The position numbers and the translations under genes are program-made. Of a DNA stretch of 32,000 nucleotides, positions 1 through 7,255 are shown in pieces; the first letter of the stretch is position 1; every line of letters begins with the position of its first letter. A model generated the notes under the pieces. That model was not told the DNA's origin. It searched no databases and was given only the letters and a program-made list of their open reading frames with translations. Origin of the DNA: Pseudomonas aeruginosa (lineage in GTDB: Bacteria > Pseudomonadota > Gammaproteobacteria > Pseudomonadales > Pseudomonadaceae); assembly GCF_001457615.1 (NCBI RefSeq), contig NZ_LN831024.1, forward strand, positions 6,030,001 through 6,062,000, read 5' to 3'.

Positions 1-11
1 GGGAGATATCC

Positions 12-1565
12 TTGCTTCGCCGATTCCTCCTGCTGGCCCTCCTGGCCCTCTCCGGCTGCGCCAGCACTCCTCCGCCGCAACCGTCGTCGGCACTGCCCGC
101 CGAGGGTACCTGGCTGGCCAGGCAGGCCGAAATCCAGGGACGCGACCACCCCGGCCAGTCCGGCTTCCACCTCCTGGGCGCCAGCGAGGATGCCTTCGTC
201 GCCCGCGCGGCGCTGATTCGCGCAGCCCAGCGCAGCCTCGACATCCAGTACTACATCGTCCACGACGGACTGACCACGCGCGCCCTCGCCTACGAGTTGC
301 TCAAGGCAGCCGACCGTGGCGTGCGGGTACGCATCCTCATCGACGACACCGCCAGCGATGGCTGGGACTACGAGATCGGTGTGCTCTCCGCCCATCCGAA
401 CATCCAGGTGCGCCTGTTCAACCCGTTGCACCTGGGCCGCGCCACCGGCATCACGCGAGGCGTCGGCCGCCTGTTCAACCTGTCCCAGCAACACCGGCGC
501 ATGCACAACAAGCTGTGGCTGGCCGACGGCACGGCGGCCATCGTAGGCGGACGCAACCTCGGCGACGAGTATTTCAACGCCAAGCCGGAGATGAACTTCA
601 CCGACCTCGACCTGCTCGGCGTCGGCCCCATCGCCAACCAGCTCTCGCACAGCTTCGACCAGTACTGGAACAGCGCCATCAGCCGGCCGATCGAGGATTT
701 CCTCTGGCGCGCGCCCTATCCCGGCGAACTGGAGTCGGCCCGACGCAAGTTGCAGCGCTACCTGCGCAAGGAGTCGGTGAAGGAGTCCGGCTACATCCGC
801 CACCTGTTCGACCGCGGCGACCAGCCACGCCTGGGCAACTGGCTGGAGAATCTCACCTGGGCCCGCGCCGAGGCGATCTGGGATGCGCCGCTGAAGGTAT
901 TGAGCCGCGGCGAGCCCGACCCGCACCTATTGCTCAGTCCGCACCTGGCGGGCCTGTTCAAGGGCGTGCAGAAGGAACTGATCCTGGTCTCGGCGTATTT
1001 CGTTCCGGCCAAGGACGGTCTCAACTACCTCACCGGCAAGGCCGACAGCGGCGTCCGCGTGCGCCTGCTGACCAACTCCCTGGAAGCCACCGACGTGCCC
1101 GCCGTGCATGCCGGCTACGCGCCCTATCGGATGGCGCTGCTTGAGCATGGCGTTAAGCTCTACGAGCTGCGCGCCAATCCCGACCAGCCGCTGAGCGGCG
1201 CGCCCTGGCGCCTGCACGGATCGAGCAGCGCCAGCCTACACAGCAAGGCGATGGTCTTCGACCGGCGCAAGGTATTCATCGGTTCGTTCAACTTCGATCC
1301 GCGCTCGATCCTGTGGAACACCGAAGTCGGGGTCATCGTCGACAGTCCGCTGCTGGCCGAGCAGGTCCGCCAACTGGCGCTGGAGGGCATGGCGCCGAGC
1401 GTCAGCTACCAGGTGCGCATCGACCGCAGCGGTAGCCGGCCGAAGCTGGTCTGGATCGACGAACGCGACGGCCGGCCCCAGGTCCTGCGCCACGAGCCGG
1501 GCAGCCTGTGGCGACGCCTGAACGCCTGGGTCGCGGGAATGATCGGACTGGAAAAGATGCTCTGA
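12..1565 (+). CDS. Phospholipase D / cardiolipin-synthase-family lipoprotein with two HKD motifs
   Basis: 517-aa ORF. TTG start at 12 lies 5 nt after GGGAGA (1-6). N-terminus LLLALLALSGC is a lipobox signal. Two HxK(x)4D motifs are present (HNKLWLADG... and HSKAMVFD...), each followed by a GG/GS-xN segment typical of the PLD superfamily. The true start could lie upstream of the window. Confidence 0.8.
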   Translation: MLRRFLLLALLALSGCASTPPPQPSSALPAEGTWLARQAEIQGRDHPGQSGFHLLGASEDAFVARAALIRAAQRSLDIQYYIVHDGLTTRALAYELLKAADRGVRVRILIDDTASDGWDYEIGVLSAHPNIQVRLFNPLHLGRATGITRGVGRLFNLSQQHRRMHNKLWLADGTAAIVGGRNLGDEYFNAKPEMNFTDLDLLGVGPIANQLSHSFDQYWNSAISRPIEDFLWRAPYPGELESARRKLQRYLRKESVKESGYIRHLFDRGDQPRLGNWLENLTWARAEAIWDAPLKVLSRGEPDPHLLLSPHLAGLFKGVQKELILVSAYFVPAKDGLNYLTGKADSGVRVRLLTNSLEATDVPAVHAGYAPYRMALLEHGVKLYELRANPDQPLSGAPWRLHGSSSASLHSKAMVFDRRKVFIGSFNFDPRSILWNTEVGVIVDSPLLAEQVRQLALEGMAPSVSYQVRIDRSGSRPKLVWIDERDGRPQVLRHEPGSLWRRLNAWVAGMIGLEKML

Positions 1566-1568
1566 GGG

Positions 1569-2732
1569 TCACTCGGAGGCTTCCAGGCCTGTCGCCTCGT
1601 CGTCCGCCGGAATCGCCCCGCGCAGCCGCACCAGCACCACGAAGCCCGCCGCGCCGAGCGCCATCATCAACGGCAGGGCGTGACCGCTGATCCACTGGCT
1701 GGCGGCGCCGGTGGCCAGCGGGCCGAGCAGGCAGCCGATGCCCCATAGCTGCGCGACATGGGCATTGGCCCGGACCAGGGCATCGTCTCGGTAGCGCTCG
1801 CCGATCAGGATCAGCGCCAGGGTGAACAACCCGCCGGCGCTGGCCCCGAACAGCACCAGCAGCGGCCAGATCAACGGCGTCTGCAGCAGCAGGGGAATCG
1901 CCAGGCTGCTCAGCAGCAGCACCAGGCCGCAGCCGCCGAACAGGCCGCTGCGCGAGACCCGGTCGGCGAGCCAGCCGATCGGCAGCTGCAACAATGCATC
2001 GCCCACCACCACGGTACTGACCATGGCCAGCGCCACCGCTTGCGGAAAGCCCTGGCGCAACCCGTATACCGGCAGCAGGGTGAGGATCATCGCCTCGAAG
2101 GCAGCGAACAACACCACCGCCCAGGCGATCGCCGGCAGACCCCGGCAGAAGGCCCACAAACCGCGCCCGGAGGCACTGTGCGGATCGACCCTGGGCGCAC
2201 CGCTGCGGCCCAGCAGCAGCAACGAGCCAGCAATCAGCAGGCAGACGCCGAACCAGAAGCCACGGTCGTCGGCGGTACCGATGAAGGTCAGCAGTACCGG
2301 CCCGGACAGTTGGCTGAGGGCGTAGCCGGTGCCGTACAGCGCGACCAGCCGGCCACGCCACTTCTCCACTGCCAACTGGTTGATCCAGCTTTCCCCGAGG
2401 ATGAACACCACGGTGAGCTGCACGCCGATCAGCAGGCGCAGCAACAGCCATACCGGGTAGCTCTGCAGCAGCGCCAGCAGGCCGACGGAGGCTGCCCCGG
2501 TGAGCAGGCACAACTGCATCAGCCGCGGCGTGCCGACGCGCGCGGCGAGGCGCCCGGCGATCATCGCGCCGAGCAGCACGCCCACTGCCGGCGTGCTGGC
2601 CATCACGCCGATGGCGAAACTGCCGTAGCCCCAGCTCTCCAGGCGCAACGAGACCAGCGGCATGGTCAGGCCAAGGGCGAGGCCGATGCTGATGACTGCG
2701 GAACAGACGGCGAAATAGCTTCCCCAACGCAT
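1569..2732 (-). CDS. MFS transporter
   Basis: 387-aa ORF, highly hydrophobic with about 12 predicted helices and an MFS-like N-terminus. GGGAGA RBS lies 6 nt upstream of the ATG at 2732. Its stop is convergent with the PLD gene stop, 3 nt apart. Confidence 0.85.
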   Translation of the reverse strand: MRWGSYFAVCSAVISIGLALGLTMPLVSLRLESWGYGSFAIGVMASTPAVGVLLGAMIAGRLAARVGTPRLMQLCLLTGAASVGLLALLQSYPVWLLLRLLIGVQLTVVFILGESWINQLAVEKWRGRLVALYGTGYALSQLSGPVLLTFIGTADDRGFWFGVCLLIAGSLLLLGRSGAPRVDPHSASGRGLWAFCRGLPAIAWAVVLFAAFEAMILTLLPVYGLRQGFPQAVALAMVSTVVVGDALLQLPIGWLADRVSRSGLFGGCGLVLLLSSLAIPLLLQTPLIWPLLVLFGASAGGLFTLALILIGERYRDDALVRANAHVAQLWGIGCLLGPLATGAASQWISGHALPLMMALGAAGFVVLVRLRGAIPADDEATGLEASE

Positions 2733-2775
2733 TGCGATTCTCCCGTTGGCACCCCGGAAGCCTTGCCGGGGCGAG

Positions 2776-2787
2776 CGGATATATCCG
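2776..2787. promoter_or_regulatory. Perfect 12-bp palindrome CGGATATATCCG upstream of the MFS gene (candidate operator or -10 region)
   Basis: Read directly from the sequence. It is an AT-core palindrome in a GC-rich intergenic region, about 45 nt upstream of the MFS start codon. Function is inferred only. Confidence 0.2.
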
Positions 2788-2801
2788 GCGCACGAAGCAC
2801 A

Positions 2802-2833
2802 GCGGCCGGGCTTCCAGAAGGAAACCCGGCCGC
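2802..2833 (-). terminator. Stem-loop downstream of kauB (likely terminator)
   Basis: GCGGCCGGG (2802-2810) pairs with CCCGGCCGC (2825-2833), with an inner TTCC/GGAA extension. It lies about 45 nt after the kauB stop on the minus strand. The U-tract is weak. Confidence 0.4.
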
Positions 2834-2878
2834 GGGTGTGGCTCGAGAGAGCCGGCCCGGAAGGGCCGACCTAGGCGA

Positions 2879-4372
2879 TCAGAGCTTGATCCAGGTCGCC
2901 TTCAGCTCGGTGTACTTGTCGAAGGCGTGCAGCGACTTGTCGCGACCGTTGCCCGACTGCTTGAAGCCGCCGAACGGAGCGGTCATGTCGCCGCCGTCGT
3001 ACTGGTTGACCCAGACGCTGCCGGCGCGCAGGGCCTTGGCAGTCAGGTGCGCCTTGGACAGGTTGCTGGTCCAGACCGCCGCCGCCAGCCCATAGGGCGT
3101 GTCGTTGGCGATGCGCACGGCTTCCTCGGCATCCTCGAACTCGATCACCGAGAGCACCGGGCCGAAGATTTCCTCGCGGGCGATCTTCATCGCATTGGTC
3201 ACGCCGTCGAAGATAGTCGGCTCGACGTAGGTGCCACCAGTTTCTTCCAGGGTCCGCTTGCCGCCGGCGACCAGCTTGGCGCCGTCGTTGTGACCGGCCT
3301 CGATGTAGGACAGCACGGTGTTCATCTGCTGGGTGTCCACCAGCGCGCCGACGTTGGTTTCCGGATCCAGCGGGTTGCCCGGTTTCCAGCCCTTGAGGGC
3401 CTCGATCACCAGGGGCAGGAACTTGTCCTTGATGGAGCGCTCCACCAGCAGGCGCGAACCGGCGGTGCAGACTTCGCCCTGGTTGAAGGCGATGGCGCCG
3501 GCAGCGGCTTCGGCGGCGGCCTTCAGGTCCGGGGCGTCGGCGAATACGATGTTCGGGCTCTTGCCGCCGGCCTCCAGCCAGACGCGCTTCATGTTCGACT
3601 CGCCGGCATAGACCATCAGTTGCTTGGCGATCTTGGTCGAACCGGTGAACACCAGGGTGTCGACATCCATGTGCAATGCCAGCGCCTTGCCTACCGTGTG
3701 GCCATAGCCCGGCAGCACGTTGAACACGCCTTTCGGAATGCCGGCCTCGACGGCCAGCTGGGCGATGCGGATGGCGGTCAGCGGCGACTTCTCGGAGGGC
3801 TTGAGGATCACCGAGTTGCCGGTGGCCAGGGCCGGACCGAGTTTCCAGCAGGACATCAGCAGCGGGAAGTTCCACGGCACGATGGCGGCGACCACGCCGA
3901 CCGGCTCGCGGGTCACCAGGCCCAGCTCGGCATGGGGAGTGGCGGCGACTTCGTCATAGATCTTGTCGATCGCCTCGGCGCTCCAGCGCAGGCTGTTGGC
4001 GGCGCTGGCGACGTCGATGTGCAGCGAGTCGCTGATCGGCTTGCCCATGTCCAGGGTTTCCAGCAGGGCCAGCTCCTCGGCGTTCTCCAGCAGCAGATCG
4101 GCGAAGCGGATCATCGTCTGCTTGCGCTTGGCCGGCGCCAGGCGCGACCAGGCGCCGGAATCGAAGGCATTGCGGGCGACCTTGACCGCCTGCTCGGCAT
4201 CGGCCAGGTCGCAACTGGCGACCTTGGCCAGGAAGCGGCCATCCACCGGGCTCAGGCAATCGAAGGTCTCGCCGGAGGCGGCGTTGCTGTATTCGCCGTT
4301 GACGAAGGCACGGCCTTCGATCTTCAGGTCTTTGGCGCGGGCTTCCCAGTCGGCGCGGGTCAGGGTGGTCAT
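2879..4372 (-). CDS. kauB: NAD(P)-dependent aldehyde dehydrogenase (guanidinobutyraldehyde / aminobutyraldehyde dehydrogenase type)
   Basis: 497-aa ORF with typical ALDH-family length and motifs (EEIFGPV, GGFKQSG, catalytic Cys context GEVCTAGSR). AAGAGGA RBS is upstream. The symbol comes from recalled synteny with P. aeruginosa PA5312 (kauB/pauC). Confidence 0.85.
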   Translation of the reverse strand: MTTLTRADWEARAKDLKIEGRAFVNGEYSNAASGETFDCLSPVDGRFLAKVASCDLADAEQAVKVARNAFDSGAWSRLAPAKRKQTMIRFADLLLENAEELALLETLDMGKPISDSLHIDVASAANSLRWSAEAIDKIYDEVAATPHAELGLVTREPVGVVAAIVPWNFPLLMSCWKLGPALATGNSVILKPSEKSPLTAIRIAQLAVEAGIPKGVFNVLPGYGHTVGKALALHMDVDTLVFTGSTKIAKQLMVYAGESNMKRVWLEAGGKSPNIVFADAPDLKAAAEAAAGAIAFNQGEVCTAGSRLLVERSIKDKFLPLVIEALKGWKPGNPLDPETNVGALVDTQQMNTVLSYIEAGHNDGAKLVAGGKRTLEETGGTYVEPTIFDGVTNAMKIAREEIFGPVLSVIEFEDAEEAVRIANDTPYGLAAAVWTSNLSKAHLTAKALRAGSVWVNQYDGGDMTAPFGGFKQSGNGRDKSLHAFDKYTELKATWIKL

Positions 4373-4501
4373 GACAACGTGTCCTCTTATTGGTGTTCTG
4401 GGCGCCTGGGAGACAGGCGCGCTGTCAGATTCTGCAAGGCGGGCGCGCAGCCCGTGGTGTCCGCCACCCTAAACCAGAGCAGCGTCTGTTTTCAATATAT
4501 T

Positions 4502-4530
4502 TGACAGGGACCCCTCTAACTCCCTTGTCA
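4502..4530. promoter_or_regulatory. Imperfect inverted repeat TGACAGGGA-N10-TCCCTTGTCA in an AT-rich divergent promoter region
   Basis: Seen in the 229-bp kauB / aminotransferase intergenic region. 4480-4555 is conspicuously AT-rich (ttttcaatatatttgaca...cattattttaaacata). It is a candidate operator for a shared regulator. Confidence 0.25.
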
Positions 4531-4601
4531 CGTTCATTATTTTAAACATAGACTCGCCCGGACTAGCGTCTTCATCCCTCGCGTGCAACCTGGGTGGCCC
4601 T

Positions 4602-5936
4602 ATGACAATGAATAACGAGCCGCAGTCGAGCAGCCTCGACAACTTCTGGATGCCCTTCACCGCCAACCGCCAGTTCAAGGCGCGGCCGCGCCTGCTGGAA
4701 AGCGCCGAAGGCATCCACTATATCGCCCAGGGCGGGCGCCGCATCCTCGACGGCACCGCCGGCCTCTGGTGCTGCAATGCCGGCCACGGCCGGCGCGAGA
4801 TCAGCGAAGCGGTGGCCCGGCAGATCGCCACCCTCGACTACGCCCCGCCGTTCCAGATGGGTCACCCGCTGCCGTTCGAACTCGCCGCGCGGCTGGCGGA
4901 AATCGCCCCGCCGAGCCTGAACAAAGTGTTCTTCACCAACTCCGGCTCGGAATCGGCGGACACCGCGCTGAAGATCGCCCTTGCCTACCAGCGCGCCATC
5001 GGCCAGGGCACCCGCACCCGCCTGATCGGCCGCGAACTGGGCTACCACGGGGTCGGCTTCGGCGGCCTGTCGGTAGGCGGTATGGTCAACAACCGCAAGG
5101 CCTTCTCCGCCAACCTGCTGCCGGGGGTCGACCACCTGCCGCACACCCTGGACGTCGCCCGCAACGCCTTCACCGTCGGCCTGCCCGAGCATGGCGTGGA
5201 AAAGGCCGAGGAGCTGGAACGCCTGGTGACCCTGCACGGCGCCGAGAATATCGCCGCGGTGATCGTCGAGCCGATGTCCGGCTCGGCCGGCGTGGTGCTG
5301 CCGCCCAAGGGCTACCTTCAGCGGCTGCGCGAGATAACCCGCAAGCATGGCATCCTGCTGATCTTCGACGAAGTGATCACCGGTTTCGGCCGCGTCGGCG
5401 AAGCCTTCGCCGCGCAGCGCTGGGGCGTCGTCCCGGACCTGCTGACCTGCGCCAAGGGGCTGACCAACGGCAGCATCCCGATGGGCGCCGTATTCGTCGA
5501 CGAGAAGATCCATGCTGCCTTCATGCAAGGCCCGCAGGGCGCCATCGAGTTCTTCCACGGCTATACCTATTCCGGCCATCCGGTAGCCTGCGCCGCCGCC
5601 CTGGCGACCCTGGACATCTACCGTCGCGACGACCTGTTCCAGCGGGCCGTCGAACTGGAAGGCTACTGGCAGGACGCGCTGTTCAGCCTGCGCGACCTGC
5701 CCAACGTGGTCGACATCCGCGCCGTAGGCCTGGTCGGCGGCGTGCAACTGGCGCCGCACGCGGACGGCCCCGGCAAGCGCGGCTACGACGTCTTCGAGCG
5801 CTGCTTCTGGGAGCACGACCTGATGGTCCGGGTGACCGGCGACATCATCGCCATGTCGCCGCCGCTGATCATCGACAAGCCCCACATCGACCAGATCGTC
5901 GAGCGCCTGGCCCAGGCCATCCGCGCCAGCGTCTGA
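4602..5936 (+). CDS. Class-III (omega-amino acid:pyruvate type) PLP aminotransferase
   Basis: 444-aa ORF with class-III aminotransferase hallmarks: GLWCCNAGHGR, SGSESADTALK, IFDEVITGFGR, and the PLP-lysine context LLTCAKGLTNG. Confidence 0.9.
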   Translation: MTMNNEPQSSSLDNFWMPFTANRQFKARPRLLESAEGIHYIAQGGRRILDGTAGLWCCNAGHGRREISEAVARQIATLDYAPPFQMGHPLPFELAARLAEIAPPSLNKVFFTNSGSESADTALKIALAYQRAIGQGTRTRLIGRELGYHGVGFGGLSVGGMVNNRKAFSANLLPGVDHLPHTLDVARNAFTVGLPEHGVEKAEELERLVTLHGAENIAAVIVEPMSGSAGVVLPPKGYLQRLREITRKHGILLIFDEVITGFGRVGEAFAAQRWGVVPDLLTCAKGLTNGSIPMGAVFVDEKIHAAFMQGPQGAIEFFHGYTYSGHPVACAAALATLDIYRRDDLFQRAVELEGYWQDALFSLRDLPNVVDIRAVGLVGGVQLAPHADGPGKRGYDVFERCFWEHDLMVRVTGDIIAMSPPLIIDKPHIDQIVERLAQAIRASV

Positions 5937-6002
5937 TCCAGGCGGGCGGCTGGCGCCGCCCTGCCCCCCAACTGGCCAGAACCACAAGAACCGAGAGTCA
6001 GC

Positions 6003-6365
6003 ATGAACATCGAACAGATCGTCGACTTCGCCCAGGCCAACAGCGCCCCGGAGCACTACAGCCCGGCGCCGGAGAAAATCCTCAAGGGCGACCCGAAACA
6101 GAGCGTGCGCAACCACTATGGCAGCCCCTGCGGGCAGTTCAACGCCGGTATCTGGGAAGGCGCCGTGGGCCAGTGGACGGTGAACTACACCGAACACGAG
6201 TACTGCGAGATCATCCAGGGCGTCTCGGTGCTGCGCGACCGGCACGGCAACGCCAAGACCGTGCGCGCCGGCGACCGCTTCGTGATCCCTGCCGGCTTCC
6301 AGGGCACCTGGGAAGTGCTCGAAGCCTGTCGCAAGGTGTATGTGATCTTCGAAGCCAAGGCCTGA
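6003..6365 (+). CDS. Small cupin-fold protein (DUF861 / cupin_3-like)
   Basis: 120-aa ORF. GAGAG RBS is upstream. The C-terminal beta-rich pattern (EYCEIIQG...FVIPAGFQGTWEV) is typical of single-domain cupins. It lies directly downstream of the aminotransferase. Confidence 0.75.
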   Translation: MNIEQIVDFAQANSAPEHYSPAPEKILKGDPKQSVRNHYGSPCGQFNAGIWEGAVGQWTVNYTEHEYCEIIQGVSVLRDRHGNAKTVRAGDRFVIPAGFQGTWEVLEACRKVYVIFEAKA

Positions 6366-6398
6366 GCCCCGGCTTCATTCAGAATGCTTGTTACCCTT

Positions 6399-6422
6399 GC
6401 CCGCCACCTGGCGGGCTTTTTT
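6399..6422 (+). terminator. Rho-independent terminator after the cupin gene
   Basis: GCCCGCC (6399-6405), loop ACCT, GGCGGGC (6410-6416), followed by TTTTTT (6417-6422). Confidence 0.7.
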
Positions 6423-6454
6423 GTGCGCGGCCCGGGGTTCGTACGCCGGAAATG

Positions 6455-6476
6455 AAAAAGCCCGCCAGGGGCGGGC
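6455..6476 (-). terminator. Rho-independent terminator after rpmG
   Basis: GCCCGCC (6460-6466) pairs with GGCGGGC (6470-6476). On the minus strand the stem is followed by TTTTT (plus-strand AAAAA at 6455-6459), about 20 nt after the rpmG stop. Confidence 0.65.
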
Positions 6477-6497
6477 TTTCGCAAGGTGCCGGATCAA

Positions 6498-6653
6498 TTA
6501 CTTGATCTTGGCTTCCTTGTAGATCACGTGCTGACGAACAACCGGATCGTACTTCTTGATCTCGATCTTCTCAGGCTTGGTACGCTTGTTCTTGTCGGTG
6601 GTGTAGAAGTGGCCGGTACCGGCGCTGGACACCAGACGAATCAATTCACGCAT
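6498..6653 (-). CDS. rpmG: 50S ribosomal protein L33
   Basis: Not in the ORF track because it is only 51 aa. My translation is [60 protein letters not shown] overlaps the rpmB stop region. Confidence 0.95.
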
Positions 6654-6664
6654 GATTCAGCTCC

Positions 6665-6901
6665 TTAGAATTTTTCGCCGCGGGCACGCAGGTCAGCCAG
6701 GACGGCCTCGATGCCACGCTTGTCGATGATACGCATGCCCTTGGCGGAAACGCGCAGACGTACGAAGCGCTTCTCGGACTCGACCCAGAAACGGTGGTGC
6801 TGCAGGTTCGGCAGGAAACGGCGGCGGGTTTTGTTGTGTGCGTGGGAAATGTTATTCCCGGTAACCGGACCCTTACCGGTTACTTGACAGACTCTAGACA
6901 T
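6665..6901 (-). CDS. rpmB: 50S ribosomal protein L28
   Basis: 78-aa [37 protein letters not shown]..., a canonical L28 sequence. Confidence 0.97.
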
Positions 6902-7037
6902 GCCTCAGCCCTCTATAACCTCATGCCCAACCCGGCATGGGTTGGCTGCTTTAACTCAAGTTCGATACTCAGTTTCACCGGGGTCTTACCCGCTGCATCC
7001 CGACGAAGGAGAGCGTGGCCCCAGAAAAGAGCGCAGC

Positions 7038-7067
7038 TTTATATCAGAAAGGCGCCCCGCGCCGCAA
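7038..7067 (-). promoter_or_regulatory. Candidate sigma70 promoter for rpmBG
   Basis: On the minus strand, TTGCGG (7067-7062), an 18-nt spacer, then TATAAA (7043-7038). This would give a ~130-nt leader. The call rests on pattern match only. Confidence 0.25.
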
Positions 7068-7255
7068 GGGTGAAGACCATGGCGCAGCCGCGGCCCGCCT
7101 CACTGCGGGCTTCGCACCGCGGCCGTTCGTCGCCTTGCCTCGTTGTCGCTGCCCGCCGCATGGTCTAGGGTAGCGATTCAAGGTCGCCAACGGCCTTGCA
7201 TGACTGCGCCCAACCGCTGCGGATGGGCATGTTAACCGTTCGAATGGAGCCCGTC

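Noticed and set aside
2732-4504. 590-aa plus-strand ORF, with nested ORFs at 2871-3875, 3954-4259 and others, opposite kauB
   Set aside because: It is an antisense shadow of a well-supported ALDH gene. The translation is Gly/Arg/Ala/Val/Asp-rich and low in complexity, with no recognisable motifs or RBS. Such ORFs are typical artefacts of high-GC DNA with few stop codons.
4572-6245. 557-aa minus-strand ORF and 578-aa off-frame plus ORF (4769-6505) overlapping the aminotransferase and cupin genes
   Set aside because: These are shadow or off-frame ORFs. The Arg/Pro/Gly-rich translations are characteristic of the wrong frame in GC-rich coding DNA, and the aminotransferase frame has clear family motifs.
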